Shown here: positions 23,961 to 31,530 of the stretch, piece by piece
Layout: each line of letters begins with the position of its first letter
How positions within the stretch are numbered: position 1 is the stretch's first letter
IMG/VR virus record: IMGVR_UViG_3300045988_104691
DNA from: a virus
Strand: one strand, 5' to 3'
DNA: 62,793 nucleotides
Notes under the pieces: generated by a model
Database searches by the model: none
What the model saw: the letters and a program-made list of their open reading frames with translations, nothing else
Told to the model about the DNA's origin: nothing
Made by a program: the position numbers and the translations under genes

Positions 23961-24254
23961 CTAACCTTCCATGATCGGGAAATCGGCGTCATACGTGACG
24001 GCATCCACAATACGATACCCATTCTCACGCAGCAGACCATCCACCTCCCGATCATCCCAATCATTCTCAATACCATGCGAGGGGATGAACTCCAGTTCGC
24101 ACAACAGGTCGTAATCGTCGTAATCATCCGGATTGAAATGCCGACGAATCTCAACCGGCACGTAATCGTACGTGCCACTAGTCCAATCATCCGGATTGTT
24201 CAACGACGAATCAACCCTCTGACTCTCAATGAACGCGGACAATACATCAGCCAT
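23961..24254 (-). CDS. Island ORF P12, very acidic hypothetical, 97 aa
   Basis: ATG 24254 follows an AAGGAAGG RBS. Sequence includes NPDDWTSGTYDYVPVEIRRHFNPDDYDDYDLLCELEF. Confidence 0.65.
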   Translation of the reverse strand: MADVLSAFIESQRVDSSLNNPDDWTSGTYDYVPVEIRRHFNPDDYDDYDLLCELEFIPSHGIENDWDDREVDGLLRENGYRIVDAVTYDADFPIMEG

Positions 24255-24286
24255 GATAAACACCTTCCTTAAAATGGTTGATAGAA

Positions 24287-24847
24287 TCAATTCCAATGGT
24301 TGAAGATCACGACGCCATCCCAAGCGTAGACACCGTAGCGCCCATCAAGGTCAGCTTCGGCAGCCGGTTTCAGATCGGCGCAATCATAATCGTAAATCTG
24401 GAAACGTCCTTTGATTACGCCGATAAGGTCAAAAGCATTACTGTTGAATCCGTCAAAGTGCTCCACGACGACAACCTGCGTCCCGCCATCGCCACGCCCG
24501 TTCGAGAAAAGCGTAGCGCTCGTACCAGCCAAATCGCCGATCATCACACTCCCAGCATCGGCATCAGTGATGATTTCCTTGACGATTCTCTTCGGATTGA
24601 CAGGCGTGGGCCAGCGAAGCTCCTTACACATAAGCCCATACGCCTGAGAATCATAACGAAGCGTGGAATCATCTTCGACAAGCTGGAAAAACCGTTCAAC
24701 GGTTCCAGCATCCTCCCAATGCTTCCTATACATGTCAGATTCAGCACTATGCCGCGGCCCATGGTTGGTCACGCACCGGTAAATAAACGCCCCACGTTCC
24801 TTGCCAAACTTCTTGATGAACGCACTGCGCATGGTATCGATCTTCAT
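24287..24847 (-). CDS. Island ORF P11, hypothetical, 186 aa
   Basis: Long ORF with an AGAAAGGACAATAAGA RBS region. No motif recognised. Confidence 0.7.
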   Translation of the reverse strand: MKIDTMRSAFIKKFGKERGAFIYRCVTNHGPRHSAESDMYRKHWEDAGTVERFFQLVEDDSTLRYDSQAYGLMCKELRWPTPVNPKRIVKEIITDADAGSVMIGDLAGTSATLFSNGRGDGGTQVVVVEHFDGFNSNAFDLIGVIKGRFQIYDYDCADLKPAAEADLDGRYGVYAWDGVVIFNHWN

Positions 24848-24922
24848 TCTTATTGTCCTTTCTACAAGTTTTGTTTTTTGGCCGGTAACGTCTAGGCTAG
24901 TGCAACCAGCCTAGACGCGCGG

Positions 24923-25147
24923 TCATATGATGATTTCATCACGGAACGAGAGCATGTCCTTCGGCAGCAAAGGGCCTTGGGTCACATTGCAATACAGCCA
25001 CCCCTCATATCCCCTACGGGCGCAACGGTAGCCACGCATCCAATCACGCAACCACCGGCAATGCAACCGCAATGAGGAAACAGGACGCCAATACTCCTTG
25101 TTCGTAACACGGTCAAACCCGGCGAACTCGTAATACAGCATGCTCAC
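24923..25147 (-). CDS. Island ORF P10, basic Trp/Arg/Cys-rich hypothetical, 74 aa
   Basis: HCRWLRDWMRGYRCARRGYEGWLYC. Overlaps the stop of P9. Confidence 0.55.
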   Translation of the reverse strand: MSMLYYEFAGFDRVTNKEYWRPVSSLRLHCRWLRDWMRGYRCARRGYEGWLYCNVTQGPLLPKDMLSFRDEIII

Positions 25148-25842
25148 ACCCTACCTTCTCTATCGGCCTCGGTGTAATACACAGGCCAATAATTATAGTC
25201 GGGCAGATTCTCCCAAGTCTCCGTAATTTCAGCCGGAGACATGTCCATCATCAAGCCGTTACTAAAATCAGGACGATCGGTATTATCCAGCCTGAACGCA
25301 AGCTCACACCATGCGGGAAGCATAGCCCACACCCTCTCCCAATCTTCCTCGGACACACAGTAGTCGAAAAGCTCGATACGATAGACGCCGGCATACGGTT
25401 CAAAAGACTTCCTATCAAACGGACGGAACATCTCCTCGGCGAACAAATCCAGCCCGTCGATGAGAACGCCCACACGTTCGGTGGACGGCAACGCCCTCAG
25501 CTTCGAGACGACCGTATCAAGATCATCCTCCCGCACGCTCCTCACCACCACCGGCATGCACAATTGCACGCCGACCTCGTGGGGCAGCGACTTCAATGCC
25601 TCATCCATAGCCCCGTCACGCCACAACGTGAGGAACGTGCGGGCCGTCTCCATGCCGCCGACCGTACGGGCCAACGAATATGCAACCCAGCCATCCAAGT
25701 CGAAGCCCAGCCCATCCAACGGGATAGAGGAACGTCTGCCGACAGAGTTAACGACCACCAGATAGCCGACCTCCTGCCAGCCGTCGGGAGCATCATCGAA
25801 AAACATGCGCTGAATGGAATCACCAGACATGTCACTCACCAT
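25144..25842 (-). CDS. Island ORF P9, acidic hypothetical, about 232 aa
   Basis: Start at 25842 or 25830 overlaps the stop of P8; the track ORF extends to 25905. Trp/Asp-rich. Confidence 0.65.
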   Translation of the reverse strand: MVSDMSGDSIQRMFFDDAPDGWQEVGYLVVVNSVGRRSSIPLDGLGFDLDGWVAYSLARTVGGMETARTFLTLWRDGAMDEALKSLPHEVGVQLCMPVVVRSVREDDLDTVVSKLRALPSTERVGVLIDGLDLFAEEMFRPFDRKSFEPYAGVYRIELFDYCVSEEDWERVWAMLPAWCELAFRLDNTDRPDFSNGLMMDMSPAEITETWENLPDYNYWPVYYTEADREGRV

Positions 25843-26194
25843 CCTTACCATCACGCAAACCATACGTTTTAAAAATCTCAGCCTTGGAACCGGCCACAAG
25901 ATCAAGCTGCTTCAGGAACTCCCGCACATGACGCATAGTCGTCGCACTATAGTCGTCCTCGTCGGCGCACAGCCACACGAGCGGCGTACCATCATCGGCA
26001 GCGGACACACGGCCCTCATCAACGTTAACCGTTGCGACAGCCACGTCGGTGCCGTACGAGGTGAGCGTAACAAGCACCTCAATATCAGGCAGCGGAGCAA
26101 CACTTTCAACCCGATAGAACGCCTTACGATAGAACGATTGGCGTACATCATACCGGGCAGCCAACTCCCAGCGGCCAATAGTCAAGTCCAACAT
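25832..26194 (-). CDS. Island ORF P8, hypothetical, 120 aa
   Basis: ATG 26194 follows an AAGAAGGA RBS. First gene after a 240-bp internal gap in the island. Confidence 0.65.
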   Translation of the reverse strand: MLDLTIGRWELAARYDVRQSFYRKAFYRVESVAPLPDIEVLVTLTSYGTDVAVATVNVDEGRVSAADDGTPLVWLCADEDDYSATTMRHVREFLKQLDLVAGSKAEIFKTYGLRDGKDGE

Positions 26195-26433
26195 GATAGA
26201 ATCCTTCTTGTGTAAATAAATGGAATAGGAAAAATTTGTTTGCACAGCCGGTCACAGGCCCACCTATGACCGGCACTTTCAGTCTTCGGGACAAATGACA
26301 GTAACACGCCACTTGGAACGCCCATACCGTCCCAATATGGCGGCATCGCCCACGGCAGTCAGCAACGCCACATAGCACACCGCCTGAGAATAACAGGCGA
26401 ACACCTTGCACGGGTACACGCTACACATGCCGG

Positions 26434-26838
26434 TCAGCCTTCACCCTCGCACCGGGCGTCGAACGAGTCGAGAATCTGCCGGGCGGTCTCATGCTCGGTA
26501 CCCTCGATGGCATCCAACAACGCCTGTTCACCAGCCTGAAAATACGCGTAGGCGTCAGACAGGCGAGTGAAAAAACGGCCATCCACATTCCAGCCCGCCA
26601 CGCCACGCGAGTCAATCGAACGCAAGTCACGCAACGCCCCGGCCATCAACGGCAACGCCTTGCCACGCGACGCCACGCTACGATGCCAGTTCCCGTCGAA
26701 CCGGTCAGCATCCACCCAAGCGTCACGCTCACGCTTGGATAGAAACACGACCGGCGACGCAAACAGCGAACCATCATCCGCATGCCGAACGCCGACACCA
26801 TACGGCCAATGCAACCCATACCAATACCTGTTAGCCAT
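26434..26838 (-). CDS. Island ORF P7, hypothetical, 134 aa
   Basis: AGGAAAGGA RBS. Trp-rich N-terminus (MANRYWYGLHWPYG). Confidence 0.65.
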   Translation of the reverse strand: MANRYWYGLHWPYGVGVRHADDGSLFASPVVFLSKRERDAWVDADRFDGNWHRSVASRGKALPLMAGALRDLRSIDSRGVAGWNVDGRFFTRLSDAYAYFQAGEQALLDAIEGTEHETARQILDSFDARCEGEG

Positions 26839-26861
26839 GATTCATCCTTTCCTAGAAACGG

Positions 26862-27158
26862 CTACCATTCCAAAACCTTCACGCCGTCAACAAGCACATA
26901 GGACGCACCCGACCCATCGCCATAGGCGCGCCCACGCCACTTGCAGACCGGCATGTAATCACCTTGCAACGTCGAACCATCCTCGAACCCGCAAGGCATG
27001 ATGTCATCGAACGTGTAGGCGGCGGCCACCGTATCCGGGTGAGCGGCACGCCATCCATCCCAACGGGACTCGACCGACGCGGCGGACGGCGTACAACCGT
27101 CCCACACGATCAGCGCGGCCAACACGACCACCACGGCAACAATGAGACGCCTACGCAT
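26862..27158 (-). CDS. Island ORF P6, small secreted lipoprotein, 98 aa; paralog of the P2 C-terminus
   Basis: Signal peptide MRRRLIVAVVVVLAALIVWDGC with a lipobox-like Cys. The C-terminal WDGWR...C...DGST...VC...YVLVDG domain is shared with P2. Confidence 0.65.
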   Translation of the reverse strand: MRRRLIVAVVVVLAALIVWDGCTPSAASVESRWDGWRAAHPDTVAAAYTFDDIMPCGFEDGSTLQGDYMPVCKWRGRAYGDGSGASYVLVDGVKVLEW

Positions 27159-27774
27159 GATGTGCCGCCCCCTCGGCAGACTTAAGATACTCGGGCAGCA
27201 TGGCGGCATTGAGATCACAATCGCCGCTGGTCGCGTCGCTCATGTCACGCCACGCCCAAAACACGGCGTCACGGTCAACGCCGTGCAGCATGCCGTCCGT
27301 GACCTCGCCATCGAAAAAGTCGCGCAGCCACTCAGTCTCACGCCGCTCATAGTCGCCGTCATCCAAGATCGGAACGTAACGGCCGTCCCCAACCTTACCC
27401 AAGATAAGGTTAATGGCATATTGGATTACGGCCATCTCGGTCAACGCCCCATGCCCGTCCGTAAGCGGGATGGAATAGCCCACGCCACAGAACTCACGGG
27501 ACACATACCCATATGTGGACAGCCACGCCACGGCGGTTTCCGTATTGCTCATGTCCAGTGCAGAGTCAAACCACAACAGCCGGCACACCTGATACTCGCG
27601 GTCATCCCACACCGTGTCATCACCGCCTATACCGCGAACCCAGTCCGCAATATCCGGCAGCACCGCGTCGAACTCAGGCAGCCCAGCATAGTCAACGCCA
27701 TTCCAAGCATCCCTAAGCATCTCATACAGTTCCCAGTCACCCTCGCTGGAATTATCGATCTGAAAGACATACAT
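27151..27774 (-). CDS. Island ORF P5, acidic Trp-rich hypothetical, 207 aa
   Basis: No motif recognised. Same length as P4 and shares a GVGY segment with it. Confidence 0.65.
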   Translation of the reverse strand: MYVFQIDNSSEGDWELYEMLRDAWNGVDYAGLPEFDAVLPDIADWVRGIGGDDTVWDDREYQVCRLLWFDSALDMSNTETAVAWLSTYGYVSREFCGVGYSIPLTDGHGALTEMAVIQYAINLILGKVGDGRYVPILDDGDYERRETEWLRDFFDGEVTDGMLHGVDRDAVFWAWRDMSDATSGDCDLNAAMLPEYLKSAEGAAHHA

Positions 27775-27814
27775 GCGATTACCTCACTTTTTTCAACAGG
27801 GATTGTTCCAAGAA

Positions 27815-28438
27815 TCAGATGGAGAGAGTCAGCCCGATATTGTCATAGGTCAGTTCAAGCCCAAGCGCCTTAAGCGCCCCGGCAGCCTTATCCCAGTCGC
27901 CATCACTCATGCACTGCCCGAACTGTTCCACATAGGCGGCAGTCTCAGCATCATCGGGATAACCCAACACCATGAGCATGGATTCTCCATCGGGCCATGC
28001 GCCCTCACTGTCGCCCACTATGTCCGTTTCACTGCAATACAAGTGCCACGACATGCTATCAACATTCCAACAGTCACTACCGAAGATACGACTCAACGAG
28101 GCGGGGCATTCCATGAAGTCATAGCCCACGCCGAGAACGTCACAGCAGACGCCGAGAGCGTCGTAATACTCGAACACCTTACGGTAGTTAGCATCATAGT
28201 AGTTTTCGAACTCCGCACGAATGGCGGCACACAGTGCACGCCGGACCGGTTCCGGATAGTCGCAAGTATCCGCGAAACTCTCCACGTCCGGTGCAGCCGG
28301 GTCAGTATATGACAAATCAACGTCACTCATACCGAACAGCTGCAACCCATCATGCGGTTGGTCCTCAGGATAATAGAACCCGCAACGACGGCACATGACG
28401 TCGGTAAAATCATCGACAGAATCAAACTTATTGGACAT
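27815..28438 (-). CDS. Island ORF P4, acidic Cys-containing hypothetical, 207 aa
   Basis: GAGGGG RBS. No motif recognised. Confidence 0.65.
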   Translation of the reverse strand: MSNKFDSVDDFTDVMCRRCGFYYPEDQPHDGLQLFGMSDVDLSYTDPAAPDVESFADTCDYPEPVRRALCAAIRAEFENYYDANYRKVFEYYDALGVCCDVLGVGYDFMECPASLSRIFGSDCWNVDSMSWHLYCSETDIVGDSEGAWPDGESMLMVLGYPDDAETAAYVEQFGQCMSDGDWDKAAGALKALGLELTYDNIGLTLSI

Positions 28439-28476
28439 GGCTAGCCCCTCACTTTCAAGATCGGTTGGTTGGTTAA

Positions 28477-28953
28477 TCAGATGAGTTTCAGGAAAGACGA
28501 CGGCATGACACGTTCGAAGTGATAGGACTCGACCCCGCCATCACGGGTGAAAGTACGTACCTCACGGAACCCATTAGCCTTAAAAATGTCTTCAATGACC
28601 TCCATGCCACAGCCGTCCGCATGGAGCGCCCACCCATAATCACGCCTACTCAACCCGTACAGCGTCTCATCGGACTTGTACGGGTATAAGTCGCCGTAAG
28701 TATGATGGAAGCCCCGCCACAACAGCAGCGTTTGCAAGAGCGGCAAATCATACAACGCCGTGTTAACCGCAGCGGAACGCTTATCATAGCCATAGCCCGA
28801 CGCGTGTCCCATGCCGGTGTCATACCGACGTTGCGCGTTCCCCTCATAGAGGGTTGCGGCAGCCTCAACCGTGGGGCAGAGCCCCCACACGCTAATGCGC
28901 TTCCACACGACAGTGATATCAAACGCGAGAGTAAGTTTCCCAGTCATTTTCAT
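28477..28953 (-). CDS. Island ORF P3, hypothetical, 158 aa
   Basis: GHASGYGYDKRSAA and HADGCGMEV motifs, no family recognised. Preceded by the conserved intergenic motif. Confidence 0.65.
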   Translation of the reverse strand: MKMTGKLTLAFDITVVWKRISVWGLCPTVEAAATLYEGNAQRRYDTGMGHASGYGYDKRSAAVNTALYDLPLLQTLLLWRGFHHTYGDLYPYKSDETLYGLSRRDYGWALHADGCGMEVIEDIFKANGFREVRTFTRDGGVESYHFERVMPSSFLKLI

Positions 28954-29002
28954 AACTCCAATTCCTTTAACAGTTGACTATCATTAGGGGGAATGGTGTA
29001 GT

Positions 29003-29680
29003 CTAACGCCACACCTCCATAGCGGTACCGCCCACTAGCACATAGTGGAGTCCATCACTAGAGGTGGCCTGACACACTTTCTCGTACCCAGTGCCGGTAC
29101 TCCCATCAAGAGCGGCGCACACGGGGATCTGAGATAACGGCACATCCACATCCGCGTCACTGCCGAACTCAGTACGCCAATCATCCCAAGATTGCGACGG
29201 GTCGGCAGAGAACTCGGCCACCACGTCGTTGGGCGTGTCAGCCGGTTCGACAGGCTGCGCAACCTCAGACGTCTCAACCTGAGACGGCTCAACCGAGGTA
29301 GGGGCAGACTGCTGCACAGACTGGACCGGGGCCGCCGACTGCACGGGAGCCGACTGCACGGCCATCATGCCATCCACAATCCCTTGTACCCTCTCATAGT
29401 CGGCCCCCAACGCCTCACGCCGCGCCTCGCCGTTGCCGAACTCACCCGCGACGACCCGCTGGGCTAGCGCCTCATAATCCGGTTCAGTCGGCTGCGGTTC
29501 CTCAACCTCAACCGGTTGAGACTGCCGTTCGGCCACATGCGGTTTAGCCACCTTACGCGGTTTAGCCGTCTCGCTAGCCGACGGTGACGGGGCAGCCGGT
29601 TCATCCGACTGTGTAGGGCCACACGCACCCACGCCACACAGCAGCACCACAGCGGCAACCACAGAAACAAACCTACGCAT
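29003..29680 (-). CDS. Island ORF P2, lipoprotein with a CW_7-like peptidoglycan-binding motif, 225 aa
   Basis: Signal peptide/lipobox MRRFVSVVAAVVLLCGVGAC. VVAGEFGNGEARREALGADYERVQGIV matches the Cpl-7/CW_7 repeat pattern. The C-terminal domain is paralogous to P6. Confidence 0.7.
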   Translation of the reverse strand: MRRFVSVVAAVVLLCGVGACGPTQSDEPAAPSPSASETAKPRKVAKPHVAERQSQPVEVEEPQPTEPDYEALAQRVVAGEFGNGEARREALGADYERVQGIVDGMMAVQSAPVQSAAPVQSVQQSAPTSVEPSQVETSEVAQPVEPADTPNDVVAEFSADPSQSWDDWRTEFGSDADVDVPLSQIPVCAALDGSTGTGYEKVCQATSSDGLHYVLVGGTAMEVWR

Positions 29681-29734
29681 AATAACACACTCCAATACTT
29701 TATAATGTTGACTATCTTTATTGACGAAGGGGGG

Positions 29735-30124
29735 CTACAGTTCGAAAGACTTGTAGCTGGCGGTGAGCGCGGCGACAGCCGTATCAGTCAGCACCACATC
29801 CACCATATGATTAGGCATGGCGGTACGCCCCCGCCACACCTCAGTCACCCGCCATGCACGCTTAGAGTACACGGCAGCGAAAAACGTAGACTCAGGGATA
29901 CCGTTATAAGCATTCGGGAACCGCTGCGCATTCAAGTCAACAGTCACCCTCACCCCCTCCAACGCAGTCTTGGGAATACGGAAACGTGCCGTGATTTTTT
30001 CCAGCGCCTTGCTGATGTCCTCGGCAGAGACGGTACGCACCCTCGCGCGAGACTGCACCCCATCCAACTCGGCAGACAGCTTAGCGATATTGCTAGCGGC
30101 ACCATTGACAATAATCGGCTTCAT
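29735..30124 (-). CDS. Island ORF P1, hypothetical, 129 aa; first gene of the island
   Basis: AAGGGAGG RBS 7 nt upstream of the ATG. No motif recognised. Confidence 0.65.
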   Translation of the reverse strand: MKPIIVNGAASNIAKLSAELDGVQSRARVRTVSAEDISKALEKITARFRIPKTALEGVRVTVDLNAQRFPNAYNGIPESTFFAAVYSKRAWRVTEVWRGRTAMPNHMVDVVLTDTAVAALTASYKSFEL

Positions 30125-30938
30125 GACAAACCTCCCTTGTTACTTGCTTGATTCCATGTACGAATAGAGTTTTGCGATAGTGTCCTCACACCCGAAGGGT
30201 GGGCACTGTCGTAATAATATGTACTCCAAAAAATAGTTGTGATTGATTGATTGATCAGTGGCATAGGCAGTACCATAAAGACCTACTCATGCCTTAAAAG
30301 TCTTGATACAATCCGCCTTACTTGTGGCCAGCGGATTGAGACAGTCTGTATCTACTCATTCCATGACGTGGTGCAATTCCATGCCGGAAACCACATCGCA
30401 CATAGCGACTCGCCACGCGTTCTCATGTGCCGTTGCCCTGAGGTTGAGGACAACACACGGCTATCGCAAGGGTCTTTGTCGCGTCCACTCTTCGATTATC
30501 AAGGCCCCTCTTTTAGTGAGGGTCAATGCCGCGCGGCCGGCGCCGGGGCTGTGATGTCAGGCCTTGCGGCCTGTGGTCTAGGGCGGGTGATTCATCTCGT
30601 GACCTCCGTTTCTGTTTGCCGTGGTTTTTTGTTGTTACCCTTACCTTACACACAATAAATTTGTTGTGCAAGTCGAGATAAAAAGAGAGTATGAAAACCG
30701 TTGGAAACACTGGCGTTTATCGGCGTGTCGCGGACACGTTAGAGGGGATAAAATAGAAAAAGAGAAAGGAAGTAGCACGAAAAAGAAAAAAGTCAAGCAG
30801 ACACGCCGGTATACGTCGAAAAAGAACCCAAAAAAATGTATATAGATAATAAGGAATAAAAACTAGACACTATACACAATAACGAAAGTTGAGCCGTCGA
30901 GACTCAAGTACGGAACATAACCAAGAATCGGTAAAACA

Positions 30939-30992
30939 TAACCTACGGTAACGTAACCTACGATGGCGTAACCTACGCACCCGTAACCTACG
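30939..30992 (+). repeat. Four TAACCTACG repeats at exact 15-bp spacing (iteron / terminase-binding-site-like)
   Basis: Copies at 30939, 30954, 30969 and 30984. The last two are identical 14-mers, CGTAACCTACGCAC. Confidence 0.85.
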
Positions 30993-31360
30993 CACCTCGG
31001 TATGGGAAGGGTCCCCCGGGTGAACGCCACTGGCCGCACGGTCAATGGTCCTGACGCCGAATGCGATCCCCAGCCTTTTTGAGCCAGCCGTTTCATCGAC
31101 GCCGTGACCACTCCAGAATACCACAGATTCCACCGTCTTTCACCATATCTTCACAAATATAGGTCATGCAACGTTGCTGCAACGCTGGGACTGAGTACGC
31201 TGACGCTTGTCGGAATAATTTGAATCGGACTTTGGTGGGGGTCCTGTTCCGACATGAGGGCGCGTCGGCAAGCAGATGGGTTCGGAAGTTTACGGGCTTC
31301 CCCGTCTGGACATGTCGTCCGAGGCCGTGGTGCTATACCTCGTCTTGACCGACGCGCTAG

Positions 31361-31445
31361 GGATGGTTGGCCGAGTGGTCGAAGGCATCTGCTCCGAAAC
31401 CAGAAGGCCCGTGAGGGTCCGCAGGTTCGAATCCTGCACCATCCG
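31361..31445 (+). tRNA. tRNA-Ser(CGA)-like, type II, with an irregular anticodon loop
   Basis: 7-bp acceptor GGATGGT/ACCATCC. D arm GCC-GAGTGGTCGAA-GGC. Long variable arm. T arm GCAGG-TTCGAAT-CCTGC. The anticodon arm TCTGC-TCCGAAA-CCAGA has a C31:C39 mismatch and C at position 33. Confidence 0.65.
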
Positions 31446-31530
31446 CAGATGGCACCGGCGTACGTAAGGTGCGATTCGGTTTCAGGTCCAATGCGAGAGG
31501 CCTGTTGGTACCGCCGTCAATCTCGCACAT

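Noticed and set aside
30239-30256. (TGAT)4 tetranucleotide repeat upstream of the island as a phase-variation switch.
   Set aside because: Only four units are present, too few for appreciable slipped-strand variation, and it is not positioned between recognisable -35 and -10 elements.
30251-30658. 135-aa + strand ORF, and the 65-aa minus-strand ORF 30513-30710, in the non-coding hub.
   Set aside because: Neither has an RBS. Composition is atypical for this genome's proteins, and the ORFs run through hairpins and T-runs. The region is more likely regulatory or RNA-coding.
30939-30992. Possible mini-CRISPR array.
   Set aside because: The repeats are only 9-14 bp with 6-bp spacers, far below CRISPR repeat and spacer sizes. 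No cas genes are present.
30863-31111. 82-aa minus-strand ORF with a VGYGCVGYAIVGYVTVGYV repeat.
   Set aside because: The peptide repeat is simply the translation of the 15-bp-phased TAACCTACG DNA repeats. The ORF has no RBS and lies in the non-coding hub.
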